Assembly: GCF_009914755.1 (NCBI RefSeq)
Contig: NC_060929.1
Origin: the human T2T-CHM13v2.0 reference genome, Homo sapiens
Length of the DNA: 64,000 nt
Strand: one strand, 5' to 3'
Within the stretch, counting starts at the first letter, position 1. Each line of letters begins with the position of its first letter. A program made the position numbers and the translations under genes. The notes under the pieces are model-generated. The model was given only the letters and a program-made list of their open reading frames with translations, was not told the DNA's origin and did no database searches. This document shows, piece after piece, positions 1 to 17,768 of the stretch.

Positions 1-553
1 ATACAAATAAACAGAAAGTTAATCCATGTTCATTGGTAGTCTTAATATTTTTATGATATCAACACTCTCTAAAGTGATCTACAGATACAATGCATTTCTT
101 AGCACAATTCAATGGCTTTTTTTTTCAGAAATGGAAAAATTCATTTCAAAATTCATATGGAACCTCAAGGGATCCTGAATGACCAAAACAATCTTGGGAA
201 AAAAAAGAACCAAGTTGGAGATCTCATACATCCTGATTTCAAAACTTATCACAAAGTTGCAGTAATCAAAACAGTGTGGTACTAGCATAAAGACAGACAC
301 ATAGACCAAGGAATAGAATAGAAATCTCAGAAATAAGCCCTCACATATGTGGTCAAATGATTTTGACAAAGGTGCCAAGACTATTCAATAGATAAAAGAA
401 AGTCTTTTCATACTACGGCACTGGGGAAAATAGATATTCACCTGCAAAAGAATGAAGTTGGATCTTTACTTTATACCATATGTAAAAATTAACTAAAAAT
501 TGATCAAATTGCTATAAGAGCAAAAAGTATAAAACTCTTAGAAGAAAACATAA

Positions 554-950
<397 letters not shown>

Positions 951-970
951 TTAAAATCTAAAACTTTTGT

Positions 971-1275
<305 letters not shown>

Positions 1276-1461
1276 TGAAAATTTAAAAAATAAATAAGAC
1301 TCTGTGCATCAAAGGATGCAATCAGCAGAGTAAAAACGCAATGTATGGAATAGGAGAAAATATTTGCAACTCATATATCTGATAAAAGGTTAATAACTAG
1401 AATATATGAAGAACTCCTGCAACTCAATAACAGCAAAACAACATGATTAAAAAATGGGCAA

Positions 1462-1766
1462 AGGTCCAGTCATGGTGACTGATGCCTGTAATCACAGCAC
1501 TTTGGGAGGCCAAGGCAAGTAGGTCATTTGAGCTCAGGAGTTTGAGACCAGCCTGGGTAACATGATGAAACTCTATCTCTACAAAAAATAAATGTTAGGC
1601 AGGTGTGGTGACACGTACCTGTAGTCCCAACTACTCAGGAGGCTGAGACAGGAGGATCACTTGAGCCTGGGAGGTGGATGTTGCTGTGAGCCGAGATCAT
1701 GCCACTGCACTCCAGTCTAGGCTACGAAGCCAAACCGTCTCAGGCAAAAAAAGAAAAAAAAAAAAG
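1462..1766 (+). repeat. Alu (sense)
   Basis: ggtccagtcatggtgactgatgcctgtaatcacagc...aaaaaagaaaaaaaaaaaa. Bounds are approximate. Confidence 0.8.
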
Positions 1767-1844
1767 TCAAAGTACTTGAATAAACATTTCTCCAAAGAAG
1801 ATATATAAATGACCAATAAGCACATGAAAGATACTCAAGGTCTT

Positions 1845-2450
<606 letters not shown>

Positions 2451-2845
2451 CAAGGTCTCAAATCGTTAAGGAAATGCAAATGGAAACCACAATGAGATAC
2501 CTCCTCACACTCATTATTATGGCTACTATTTTTTAAAACCCCAGAAAATAGCATGTGTTCAATATTGGCGATATTTGAACCATTGTGCACTGACAGTGGG
2601 AATGTAAAATGGTGCAGCTGTTATGCAAAACGGTACGAGCAAAAGGCTCAGAATAGCCAACATAATATTGAACGGGAAAAACAAAGTTGGAGGACTGACA
2701 CTACCTGACTTCAAGATACTATAAAGCTACAGTAATCAAGACAGTATGGTATTGGTGAAGAAAATAGAACAATGGAACAGAATAGAGAGCCCAGAAACAG
2801 ACTCACATATATATTGTCAACTGATCCTTGAAAAAGGAGCAAAGG

Positions 2846-3150
<305 letters not shown>

Positions 3151-5424
3151 AAGACAATACAATAAAGAAGAGAGAGCTTTTTACTTTTTCTTTTTTTTTT
3201 AACTTTTATTTTAGGTTTGGGGGTATATGTGTAGGTTTGTTATATAGGTAAACAAGTGTCATGGGGGTTTGTTGTACATATTATTACATCACCCAGGTAT
3301 TAAGCCCAGTACCCAATAGTTATCTTTTCTGCTACTCTCCCTCTTCCACCCTCCCCACTCAAGTAGACCCCAGTGTCCATCTTTTCCTTCTTTGTGTTCA
3401 TAAGTTCTTATCATTTAGCTCCCAGAGAATTTTTTTCAACAAATGGTGCTGGAACAACTAGAAATCCACATGCAAAAACATGAATCTAGACACAGATTTT
3501 ATACCCTTTGAAAAAAATTAACTCAAAATGGATAAGAGACCTAAAGGTAAAACTCAAAGCTATAAAGTTCTTAGACAATAACGCAGGAGAAAATCTAGAT
3601 GACCTAGGGTTTGGCAATGAATTTTTAGATACCACACCAAAGGCAGAGTTCATAAAAGAAAGAATCGATAATCTAAATTAAAAATTTAAAAAGTCTCCTC
3701 TATGAAAGACATTGCCAAGAGAATGAAAAGAGAAGCCACAGACCAAGAGAATATGTCTGCAAAAGACTTACCTGATGAAGAACTGATGTGCAAAATATAC
3801 AAAGAACTTTTAAAACTCAACAATAAAAAACAAGCAACTTGATTTGATTAAAAAATGGGCAAAGACTTTAATAGACACCTCACTGAGGAAAATATACAGA
3901 TGGCAAATAAGCATATGAAAAGGTGCTCTACATGATGTTATTGACAGAGCAGAAGCACCATCATCTTGGACAAACACAGCTACTTTAAGTTCCAGCTCCC
4001 TTTCTAGCCTCATGCATTTCAAGGTAATCACTTCTCTTCTAACTACAAGCAGCCAGAAAAAAACAAACAATAAAACACAAATAAAACAGCTTGGGCACGG
4101 AGGAAGGTGGGGGGAAAGTCTCTTGGGTAACTGCCAAACTTTACCCTCATACAATGGTCCCCAGTAAAACAGTGGGCCTTAATAAGCATATTCTTTTCCT
4201 TTCAGGTGCAATAAGATAGGGAGGCTAAAAGCAGACTTGGGGGGTATGCCTGCAGCTGCAAAAAAATGTATAAAAACAAACACACAACTCTCCCTCCCAA
4301 ATAAGCACAACAAAGAAAAAAAAAAGCAGTCCATGCCTCTAATAAACTCTCCCACCCTAAATCCTTAAAAACTCTTAGTCTGTAAAAAAGTGTGCCTCTA
4401 ACCTAACTGGGCCAAAAGCTCCTCTTGGTTTGTTTTCTCCAAAATAAACCTGTCTTAACTGTCAAGCTGTCTTTCATGTTTCTTTCCTCTTTCTTTAATT
4501 ATTACAGTTATCAGGAAAATGCAAATGAAAAGAACAATGAGATATCACTACACACCTTTTAGAATGCCCAAATCCAGAGTACTGACAACAACAAATGCTG
4601 GTGAGAATGTGGAGCAACAGGAACTCTCATTCATTGCTGGTGGAAATGCAAAATGGTATAGCCACTTTGGAAGACAGTTTGGCCGTTTCTTACAAAACTG
4701 ATCATACTGTATTCTTACCTTAAGATCCAGCAACCACATTCCTTGGTATTTATCAAAGGAGTTGAAAACTTGCTCATGGGTGTTTACAGCAGCTTTATTC
4801 ATAATTGCCAAAACTTGGGGGCAACTAAGATGTCCTTTAGTAGGTGAATGTATAAACTGTGGTATATCCAGACAATGGAATATTATTCAGTGCTAAAAAC
4901 AAATGAACTATCAAGCCATCAAAAGACATGGAAAAAACTTAGATCCATATTACTAAGTGAAAGAAGCCAATCTTAAAATAATACATACTGTGTAATTCCA
5001 ACTATATGACATTATGGAGAAGACAAAACTATATTGACAGTTTAAAAATTGGTGCTTGCTAAGGGTTGCGGGGAGGGAGGGATGAATAGACAGAGCACCG
5101 AAGCCTTTTAGGGCAGTGAAAATAGTCTGTATGATGATATAATGGTGGGTACATGTCATTATACATTTGTCCAAACCTAAAGGATATACCATACAAAGAG
5201 TGAATCCTAACATAAAACTATGAACTTTGAATGATAATGATGTGTCAGTGTAGGTTTGTCAATTGTAACAAATGTACTACTCTGGTGGGGGTTGTCGATA
5301 ATGAGGGAGGCTATGCATGTGTCAGACCCAGGGGTATATGGAAAATCTCTGTGCTTTTCTCTCAATTTTGCTGTGAATCTAAAACTGCTCTTTTTAAAAA
5401 GTCTTAATGGGTGTATGTGTGCTA

Positions 5425-5723
<299 letters not shown>

Positions 5724-5943
5724 GTCTTTAATGAAAAGAAACCTAAAAATAGAATCACCATATGATCCAGCAATTTCACTCTGAATATATGCCCAAAAGA
5801 CCTATCATCAGCATTTAACCCACTATTGGACCCACTGCCTCTCTTGGAATCAATTTCTTCACTTGGCTTCCAGGACATTTCTCTCTTCTGTTCTACTTCC
5901 TTCAAAGACCATTCCTTCTTAGTATCCTTTGCTGATTCCTCCC

Positions 5944-7010
5944 TGTTGCAGGAAGTCAGGGACCCCAAATGGAGGGACGGGCTGAAGCCGTGACAGAAGA
6001 ACGTGGATTGTGAAGATTTCGTGGACATTTATTAGTTCCCCAAATTAATACTTTTATAATTTCTTATGCCTGTCTTTACTGCAATCTCTAAACATAAATT
6101 GTAAAGAGTTCATGGACGCTTATCACTTCCCCAGTCAATACCCTTGTGATTTCCTATGCCTGTCTTTACTTTAATCTCAATCCTGTCAGCTGAGGAGGAT
6201 GTATGTTGCCTCAGGACTATGTGATAATTGCATTAACTGCACAAATTGTACAGCATGTGTGTTTGAGCAATATGAAATCCGGGCACCTTGAAAAAAGAAC
6301 AGGATAACAGCAATTGTTCAGGGAATAAGAGAGATAACCTTAAACTCTGACCGCCGGTGAGCCGGGTGGAACAGAGCCATATTTCTCTTCTTTTAAAAGC
6401 AAATGGGAGAAATATTGCTGAATTCCTTTTCTCAGCAAGGAACATCCCTGAGAAAGAGAATGCACACCTGGGGGTGGGTCTCTGAACTGGACCCCCTGGG
6501 CGTGGCCATCTCTTATGGTTGAGGCTGTAGGAGTGAAATAGACCCCAGTCTCCCATAGCGCTCCCAGGCTTATTAGGAAGAGGAAATTTACGCCTAATAA
6601 ATTTTGGTCAGACTGGTTGATCTCAAAACCCTGTCTCCTGATAAGATGTTATCAATGACAATGGTGCCCGAAACTTCATTAACTATTTTAATTTCGTCTC
6701 GGTCCTTGTGGTCCTGTGATCTCACCCTGCCTCCACTTGCCTTGTGATTTTCTATTACCTTGTAAAGTACTTGATGTCTGTGACCCACACCTATTCGCAC
6801 ACTCCCTCTCCTTTTGAAAATCCCTAATAAAAACTTGCTGGTTTTTGCAGCTTGTGGGGCATCACGGAACCTACCGACATGTGATGTCTCCCCTGGACAC
6901 CCAGCTTTAAAATTTCTCTGTTTTGTACTGTCCCTTTGTTTCTCAAGCTGGCCGACGCTTAAGGAAAATAGAAAAGAATCAACGTGAATATCGGGGCAGA
7001 TTCCCCGATA
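5944..7010 (+). mobile_element. Solo LTR of an ERVK-superfamily endogenous retrovirus (about 1.07 kb), flanked by a perfect 6-bp target-site duplication CCTCCC
   Basis: The element starts TGTTGCAGGAAGTCAGGGACCCCAAATGGAGGGAC and ends ...GGGGCAGATTCCCCGATA. It contains AATAAAAACTTGCTGG (an R-region poly(A) signal), has no intact ORF, and is flanked by CCTCCC at 5938-5943 and at 7011-7016. I could not assign the exact LTR subfamily from memory. Confidence 0.55.
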
Positions 7011-7589
7011 CCTCCCCATTTTTGTGACTTCTTAATGTTGCAGTGTCCTGGGCTCAGTCCTCAGACATTAACAAAAAAATCTAGAAAATGAAGTAGCCCC
7101 TGCTATCTGCTCAAGTTTATTCCTCCAGCTGCTTTCCAGGGTCAGGATACACAGGAGTGGAGGTGTTAGGGGCTGGAAGTAGACTGTCACTGGCTGTAGT
7201 GTTGATGTTTTCAAGCTGCTGTTGCTTCTGCTGCTAAGAGAGCCATCTGCAAAAGGATGTTATACAAGAACAGTGAAAAGAAATTCAGAACTGTTATTCC
7301 AGATACATGGAAAGACTGTGTGAAGAATGTTACAGAAAGCGGTGGAAGGGAACAACGAAAATAAGAAATGTGCTAGAAGCTTGTACACCAGCTGGGTTCT
7401 CCTTACTGCCAGGGCTTTAGCTACAAAAAAAAAAAAAAAAAAGAAAGAAAAAAGAGAAAAAGGCTTCTGAGCAATGCATGGGGAAACGTTTTTGGACACC
7501 AAAAACTACAAGCAAGCATCTGACTAGAGGGACTGAAGAAATTTCTGGCTTTCTGTATGATTTTACTTTCTTTTTATGTATTTATATTT

Positions 7590-7717
7590 TATTTTTTAAT
7601 AGAGACTGGGTCTTGCTGTGTTGCCCAGGCTGGTCTCGAACCCCTGGGTTCAAGTGATTCTCCCAGCTTGGTCTCTCAAAGTGCTGGGATAACAAGCATG
7701 AGCCACCATGTCTGGCT
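7590..7717 (-). repeat. Alu fragment (antisense, partial)
   Basis: agagactgggtcttgctgtgttgcccaggctggtctcgaacccctgg...gtgctgggataacaagcatgagccaccatgtctggc. Confidence 0.7.
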
Positions 7718-8454
7718 TTGATTTTGCTTTCTGCTTTGAATTCTCAAGGTATAACACAGATGTTCTGGAACAGGAATTAAAAGAAATTAAGGAGTGTGTA
7801 AGCAGAAACTAAGTTGTATGTAAGAAAACCCAGTTCCCCTTGAGAAAGAGAAAGAGCTGGAGTCCTTTAAAAACTAACTGCCTATTTTTCTATGGCTAGT
7901 GAGCCTTATCTCTCCTCCTTTCCCAGGCATTGTGAAGACCCTGTTTCCCTAGCTGTGCAGCTGCAAAGTCACTAGACAGATAAACTCAAGTTGCAAAACA
8001 TGTTTTTCCTTGAAAAGTAAGAAATGATGTAATGCATGTCTCAATTAATTAAATAACTGTCTTTGTTTCTCACTTCTGTAGCATGCTTCCCCCGTACAGA
8101 TCTCCCCCACCCCACAAAATGCTTAAAAGGTAACTTAACTCTTTGTTCAGGGCTCAGTCCTTTGGATGTTAATCTGACTGGGCCAGTGCACCTAAATAAT
8201 TAATAAATATCATCCTGAACCCCATCGGTCTCTCTGATTCCTTAAAAATCCCGCAACAGTTCAAGTTACAAAATAACATGTTTTAAGACAAATAATTAAG
8301 TTTAAGCCACAGGGCGAAATGTATCTATGCTCACATCTTTAGTGATTTCATCAAGTCTTATAACTTAGGCCTCAAACCATAGAGTCATCCCTGAGCCCAC
8401 CTTTTTTCTCTTTTTTAAAAATTTAGTTGAATTTTTATACTTAAAACATTTTAA

Positions 8455-8646
<192 letters not shown>

Positions 8647-8783
8647 TAATTTGACCATTTCCCCCCACTTCTACTATCCTGATCCAACTGTCACCATGTT
8701 TTTGTGTGGGTTTTCTTAAACAGCTTTATATTGAGTTGTGATTCACAACAAATAAAATTCACCCTTTTAAAGTATTTAATTTA

Positions 8784-9093
8784 GGCTTGGCGTGGTGACT
8801 CATGCCTGTAATCCCAGCACTGTGGGAGGCTGAGGTGGGCAGATCACGAGGTCAGGAGTTTGAGACCAGCCTGACCAAAATGGTGAAACCCCGTCTCTAC
8901 TAAAAATACAAAAATTAGCCAGGCCTGGTGGTGCCTGCCTGTAATCCCAGCTACTCAGGAGGCTGAAGCAGGAGAATCACTTGAACCTGGGAGGCGGAGG
9001 TTGCAGGAGCCGAGATCACACCTTTGCACTCCAGCCTGGGTAACAGAGTGAGACTCCATCTCAAAATAAATGAATAAATAAATAAATAAATAA
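8784..9093 (+). repeat. Alu (sense)
   Basis: ggcttggcgtggtgactcatgcctgtaatcccagc...catctcaaaataaatgaataaataaataaataaataa. Confidence 0.8.
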
Positions 9094-9234
9094 AGTATTC
9101 AATTTAGTGGTGTTTATTATATTACCAGAGTTGTGTAACTATAACCGCGCTTTAATTTTAGAACATTTTTATCACCCCAAAAAGAAATTCTGTATCCCAT
9201 TAGAGGTCATTCCCCTTGACCACCCCACTTCTAA

Positions 9235-9850
<616 letters not shown>

Positions 9851-11067
9851 CCATCATTTCTTGACTGGGTTATTGGTATAAATTCCCAACGAGTCTTCTA
9901 ACTTACTCTCTATAGTTTACTTTCAACACAGCAGCTAATGTGATCCTTTAAAAATGGAAACCAGTTTATGTTACCCTTTGTCAGTATCCTCAGGTGGCTC
10001 TCTATTTCACCTGAGTGAAAAGCAAGCTTCACAGTGGCCTGTGAGCCTTAAACAACAATTGAGGCCACTTGCTATCTCTCTGATATCATTGCCAATGTCT
10101 TCCAGGGCCTTTGTACTGGATGTTTCCTCTTCCTGGACTGCTCTTCCAGCAGATAACTACAAGGCTCACTCTCTCACCTCCCTTAAATCTTTGCTCAGAA
10201 GTCACCTCATGTGAGGTCTATTCTAACAACTATAAACTTGCAATCCTTCACCCTTATGCCCAGCAATCCTGACTGTTTTGGCTCAGCTCTATTTTCCCCA
10301 CAGCACTTACCATCATCTAGCACTCTATACTTTCTTCTCCCCACTGCAATATGAACACTTTAAGAGCAGGAACTTTTGTCGCTTTGCTCACTATAAGTGC
10401 TTTGTCCTCAGCACTTCCAAAGTGCTTGTCAGGTAGTGGGAGCTCAATAAATAATTGTTAAATGGATGAATAAATTAATGACCAGAACATTCCAGGCAGA
10501 GGGAAGAACAAGAGGCAAAGGAAAGAATGGCTAGAATATGTTGGGGGTGATGTTGGTTTACAAGGTGGAGATGACAGTAGAGGAGGCATAGGGAGTTGCT
10601 GACCATGTCTCCCTATGTTCTCTGTCTCAAGTTCTAAGTTCTCTTCCTATTTCTCTGTCTCCTTTGAAGACCCTGCTTTCTCCATCCTGAAATGTTGACT
10701 GATGATTCCCAGTTTCCTTCTTTAGCACGGTCTCTTCTTTCTCCCCTCCTGGCCTGGGTGAACTTACTCATGGCTATTCATGGCTACGGTTTCCACAGGC
10801 ATTTCTACACTGATGGCTCCCAAATTCTTATAGCCAGGCCAAACCTGTCCCCTAAGCTCTAGCCCCTATGGCTAACTGCCTACTGGACTGTCCACCTGCG
10901 AGTGGCTCTAAGCAACCTATGCCCAGTCTTCTTTTTTTTTTTGAGATGGAGTCTTGCTCTATCACCCAGGCTGGAATGCAATGGTGTACTATTAATGTCA
11001 AACCCAATTCTTAATAAAACCTTATAGAAAAAGATATCCAATTTTAATCAGTTTGACCATAAGGTAA

Positions 11068-11550
<483 letters not shown>

Positions 11551-12442
11551 TATATTTTACTGTTAAAGAGCAGATCAGTGCTCTAAGAAAACTCTATTGT
11601 GCTTTTATTCCAATGTTCAATTTATGGAAAAATTGAATACCCCTTTAACTTTAGCCAGTATGTCCACAGACAGAATTTATATTTCATAAACCTGCCACAA
11701 CTTGCTCAAAGCTTCTACTTTTCCCTATCCAACTTAAAATAATACTTTAACCCCCTAAACTAGGCAAAAAAAAAATCCACATTCCTGTGCCTTCTTATAA
11801 TCTTTTGCCAAAAACACATTCACTTTCCTTACGCACTTTCCATGTAAAACTGTTTCTCTACTAGTCTCAATTGCATATGTTACAATGTTACGTCTCAGCA
11901 ACTTTTTTTTTTTTTTGGTGAAAAACCTGGTAAGTAAGCAATTTTAATTATGTACCAGGTGTGGAGCCTAGGACACCAGACAGAAGTGCAGATAAGGTCT
12001 GATCTTTCCAGCATAGCTAGAGGGCATGGCTAACTCCACATGTCTCTAGGCATTACCTAGAATCTAATGGTTCCAAAGCAGGTAAGTTGAACAATGATCA
12101 TATCAAGGAAGCAGTTTATGTAGTTTAGTAAACTCAGTGTCTGACCTGCCTAATTTAGACCAAATGTATAAATTTTGAAGACATTTTTATTTTACCAATA
12201 ATCTTTAAAACTGTCTTTATTTCCCAAGGATTACTAAAGTCATATGAACTAAAAGGCATTAAAGTTTTAATTTTTCTGACAAAATATTTAAGTGCTTTTT
12301 CTTTAAGCCAATTAATTAGAGCTCTTTTATATAAACATTACACACACACAACATATGTAAATAGACAGACAGAAGAAGATCCAGTTATTGTAAGCTTTTT
12401 CATTTGCCAGTTTTTACATTTTTCTTTTCTTTTTTTTTTTGA

Positions 12443-12609
12443 GATTAGCCAGGTGTGGTGGCGGGCGCATGTAGTCCCAGCTACTCAGGAGGCTGAGGCA
12501 GGAGAATCACTTGAACCTGGGAGGCAGAGGTTGCAGTGAGTCAAGATTCTGCCACTGCACTCCAGCCTGGGTGACAGAGTGAGGCTCCATCTCAAAAAAT
12601 AAAAAAAAC
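12443..12609 (+). repeat. Alu right-arm fragment (sense)
   Basis: gattagccaggtgtggtggcgggcgcatgtagtcccagctactcaggaggctgaggcaggagaatcacttgaacctgggaggcagaggttgcagtgag...ctccatctcaaaaaataaaaaaaa. Confidence 0.75.
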
Positions 12610-12708
12610 AAGTAACATATCTGATTGCAATATGCTGTGAAGACAAGTAAAACAGAGAAAGGGAGCAGATATTGTTGTTGAGGATTGATATGTATACAGG
12701 TTGACTAT

Positions 12709-12896
<188 letters not shown>

Positions 12897-13031
12897 TGAA
12901 ACCTATCACAACTTACACAGACCATCTATGACATGCTTGGATATTCTGACTTGTCCTATATTTCCCTCTTTCTTAGGTCTGTTTCTGTTCCCTGAAATGT
13001 AAACTTGTGACTAAGATACCTAACCTCCTGA

Positions 13032-13437
<406 letters not shown>

Positions 13438-13683
13438 TTTTATGGCTTTTCTTGGCATATCTGAATTGTGGGCATCACTATTCTTGTGCTGGGGGTCCAT
13501 TATTAAGTAAAATAAGGGTTACTGAACACAAGCACTGCTATATGGTAACTGTTGATCTGACAACCCAGACAGCTCCTAAGTTACTAATGAGCTAGTAGTG
13601 CCTACAGTGTAGATACACTGTACAAAGGGATGATTCATATCCTGGATATGTGATGGGTTACAATCCAAACAGTTAAAACTTTA

Positions 13684-14030
13684 GGTTGGGTGCAGTGGCT
13701 TATGCCTGTAATCCCAGCACTTTGGGAGGCAGAGGCAGGTGGATTACCTGAGGTCAGGAATTCACAACTAGCCTGGCCAACATGGTGAAACCCTGTCTCT
13801 ACTAAAAATACAAAAATTAGCAGGGTGTGGTAGTGCATGCCTGTAATCCCAGCTACTCAGAAGGCTGAGGCAGGAGCATCACTTGAACCCCAGATGCAGA
13901 AGTTGCAGTGAGCTGAGATCAAACCACTGCACTCCAGCCTAGGTGACAGAGAGAGACTCTGTCTCAAAAAACAAAACAAAACAAACAAAACTCAAAAAAC
14001 TAAAAAAAAAAAAAATAATAAATAAATAAA
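13684..14030 (+). repeat. Alu (sense) with a long A-rich/(AAAC)n tail
   Basis: ggttgggtgcagtggcttatgcctgtaatcccagc...ctctgtctcaaaaaacaaaacaaaacaaacaaaactcaaaaaactaaaaaaaaaaaaaataataaataaataaa. Confidence 0.8.
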
Positions 14031-14344
14031 ATGTTGCAGTATTTGCACATAACCTACATACATCTCCCACATGCTTTAAATCATCTCTAGATTACTTATA
14101 ATTCCTAATACAATGTAAATGCTATGTAAATAGTTGTTATACTATATTGTTTAGGGAATCATGACAAAAATATTGTATAAAGTTATCTTCAGGCTATTAT
14201 CTAAAGTGTATATGAAACATAAATGAATTTTGTATTCAGACTTGGGTCCCATCCAAATCTATCTCATTATATATACGCAAATATTCCAAAATCTGAAAAA
14301 ATCCAAAACTTCTGGTCTGGAGCATTTTGGATAAAGGATAGTCA

Positions 14345-14988
<644 letters not shown>

Positions 14989-15999
14989 CAGATATATTAC
15001 TCTTTAAAAAAAATTTTTTTTTTTGCAATCAGATATGTTACATCACCACTACTGCCTTAGTCAGCTCAGGCTACCGTAATAAAATACCATAGACTGGTGG
15101 CTTAACCAACAGAAATTTATATATATTCTCACAGCTATTTCTCACACATAAAAAACTATCTTTTATGTGTTCCCCCGACCCCCACTGGATTGGAATTCCC
15201 TAAGGGCATGGATGTTTCTGATTCATCTTTGTATTTCAGGCTTTAGCACAAGGCCTGAGGTGAAATGTGGTTCTGTAACCATTTGATGAAGTGTGATCAG
15301 AGCTATTCAAGGGAAGAAAAAAACTGCCTTGAGATGATTAATTCTCTGATACTAGAAATCTCTCAACTGGCTGGTTGAAGGCCCCTTGGGGACATTCCAG
15401 TGAGTGTCCAGCTAATTTAACTGTTTTCTGACATATTTTGAGTCTGGTTCTGGTAATGTCTGTAACTCTCTTATCAATGTTAATTTCCATTCCCTATTCC
15501 TATCTGTGTGGCTCTGGACATTGGCCAGAGGCAGGTGCTGGGCCTATATGCCTCCTCCCACCTTTCTCCCATGCTCCCTGTGAGGCAGGCATCTAGCTCT
15601 CTGATGGATGTGGCTGCCTCCTCATTGAAATGAAGAAGGGGCTCAGAAGAAACAGCACCTCTTGATGGCTGATGCTGTAGGTCTCTGAGCTAATGTGGAC
15701 TAGAGGACAAATCCTGTTTATTCTGAAGTTTTGAAGAGTCTGAGATGCTTTCCTATTTGCCAATCAGTCAGCCTGAAAAGGTTATCTGCATATGTGTTCT
15801 AACAGAACACAGGATCTCTAATTCAGAGACCGACTGTATCTTGCGTCAGTTCCCTAGGCCCAAATTTCCCATTATGTCGGGGAGTGACACAGTGAAAGCC
15901 TCCGGGTGAAGAGAGGTTTTACAAGAGAGGAACCCTAATATTATGAAACTCAGAGCTTGTGCAGGATAGGAGGCTGTCCCTCTTCCTTGAGTGGTAAGG

Positions 16000-16060
16000 G
16001 AGACAGACAGAGAGGGAGAGGGAGGGTGTGTGAGTGTGTGTGTGTGTGAGAGAGAGAAAG
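16000..16060. repeat. Compound (GA)n(GT)n(GA)n microsatellite downstream of CD14
   Basis: gagagggagagggagggtgtgtgagtgtgtgtgtgtgtgagagagagaaag. Confidence 0.85.
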
Positions 16061-16441
16061 AATAAGGAAATAAGCAAATGGCTGTGGGTTTTATTACCTT
16101 TGAAAGGGAGCAGCTGGCTCTTGGGAAGTGCATAGGAGAGGAAATATTTTGTATCTTCCAAATATCATGCAAATACCTTTTAATCCAGATGCCAATAATC
16201 TGCTCAGAAAGCCCTGACTGCACACTCATTGTTTCTCCCATGCAGCCCTAGCCAGGAGTCCTTTCCTGGCTCCTTCTATCCCCGCAGTTCTTTTCTTGAG
16301 GAGGACAGATAGGGTTTCTTAGGGAGTTAGGATGAAGAAAGCCTAAGTATGATGAATTCCCCATCCAGCACTGTGCCCAGCACATAGCAGACATCCAATA
16401 AAGGTCTGTTAAATGAATGACACGGACCCGTTGTTTAAGAT

Positions 16442-16447
16442 TTTAAT
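16442..16447 (-). terminator. CD14: CD14 poly(A) signal ATTAAA (minus strand)
   Basis: The minus strand reads CCTTTATTAAAATCTTAAAC about 110 nt downstream of the CD14 stop codon. This fits an mRNA of about 1.4 kb. Confidence 0.55.
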
Positions 16448-16552
16448 AAAGGTGGGGCAAAGGGTTGAATTGGTCGAAAAGTCCTCAACGTCCTGACGGG
16501 ACTCCCCTGAAGCCAAGGCAGTTTGAGTCCATTCATTATTCTGTCTTGGATC

Positions 16553-17768
16553 TTAGGCAAAGCCCCGGGCCCCTTGGAGCAGCACCAGGGTTCCCGACAC
16601 CCCCACCGACAGGGTCGAACGTGCACAGGCTGGGACCACGCCGGAGTTCATTGAGCCCTCGTGGGGGAGGGCAGTTCCAGGGACCAGGAAGGGATTCCCG
16701 TCCAGTGTCAGGTTATCCACCTCGGGCAGCTCGTCAGGCTGCGGCGCCCTGTTCAGTCTGTTGCAGCTGAGATCGAGCACTCTGAGCTTGGCTGGCAGTC
16801 CTTTAGGCACCTGTTCCAGCCCAGCGAACGACAGATTGAGGGAGTTCAGGGCGCTGGACCACATGCATCTCGGAGCGCTAGGGTTTACGGTGGCGCGCAG
16901 CGAGTTGTGGCTGAGGTCTAGGCTGTGGGGCTGCACACCTGCCGCCGCCAGTGCGGCGCACACGCCTGTGGGCGTCTCCATTCCTGTGTTGCGCAGCGCT
17001 AGATTCTGGATGGCCGGGAACTTGTGGGGACAGAGAGCCGCCATCAGTCCGCGTTCGCCCAGTCCAGGATTGTCAGACAGGTCTAGGCTGGTAAGGGCCG
17101 GGAAGGCGCGAACCTGTTCGCAGGAAAAGGCAGGCGAGTGTGCTTGGGCAATGCTCAGTACCTTGAGGCCTGGCTTGAGCCACTGCTGCAGCTCGGCGAG
17201 CCAAGAACGCCCTGTCGCCCACGACACGTTGCGTAGGCGCAAGCTGGAAAGTGCAAGTCCTGTGGCTTCCAGAGGCAGCGGAGGCATGGTGCCGGTTATC
17301 TTTAGGTCCTCGAGCGTCAGTTCCTTGAGGCGGGAGTACGCTAGCACACGCAGGGCGCCTACCAGTAGCTGAGCAGGAACCTGTGCGGCTCCCACTGTGA
17401 GCCGCCGCACGCGGAGAGCCTTGACCGTGTCAGCATACTGCCGCGGGTCGGCGTCCGCATCGACGCGCTTTAGAAACGGCTCTAGGTTGAGACCGCCGGC
17501 ATGGATCTCCACCTCTACTGCAGACACACACTGGAAGGCTTCGGACCAGTCGGGCTGAGGTTCGGAGAAGTTGCAGACGCAGCGGAAATCTTCATCGTCC
17601 AGCTCACAAGGTTCTGGCGTGGTCGCAGAGACGTGCACCAGCGGCAGCAGCAGCAGCAACAAGCAGGACGCGCGCTCCTGGGGAGAGAGCAGAGGTCTAG
17701 GAGGCCCCATCCAACCCCTGTGGCTCCCGAGTGGCACGCGTTCGACCCCAAGACCCTACACTCACCAT
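16553..17768 (-). CDS. CD14: Monocyte differentiation antigen CD14 (leucine-rich repeat LPS co-receptor), complete CDS join(17766..17768,16553..17677) on the minus strand
   Basis: Minus-strand translation ME|RASCLLLLLLPLVHVSATTPEPCELDDEDFRCV...VLLQGARGFA is human CD14, 375 aa. The ATG (complement of 17766-17768) is followed directly by a GTGAG donor and the known 88-bp intron (17678..17765) with a CAG acceptor. Stop TAA is the complement of 16553-16555. The long 394-aa ORF in the track is the unspliced read-through of that intron. Confidence 0.95.

Noticed and set aside
3810-4154. 114-aa minus-strand ORF, and plus-strand ORFs at 4519..4701 and 5256..5456
   Set aside because: They sit inside decayed L1 ORF2/3'-end sequence. 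On the plus strand the L1 reading frame is broken by stop codons and frameshifts, and the minus-strand ORF is antisense to L1.
6594-7019. 141-aa minus-strand ORF (and the 6233..6556 ORF) inside the 5944-7010 block
   Set aside because: It lies wholly within the solo LTR. There is no gag, pro, pol or env similarity, and LTRs are non-coding.
15846-16241. 131-aa minus-strand ORF downstream of CD14
   Set aside because: It runs through the (GA)n(GT)n microsatellite (translated as TLTHPPSPSLSVSL...) and has low complexity. I see no splice or start support.
16761-17372. 203-aa plus-strand ORF (and the overlapping 16465..16770, 16661..16921 and 17501..17794 ORFs) antisense to the CD14 coding exon
   Set aside because: The CD14 exon is extremely GC-rich, so stop-free antisense frames arise by chance. 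They have no splice or start context, and the sense strand translates perfectly to CD14.
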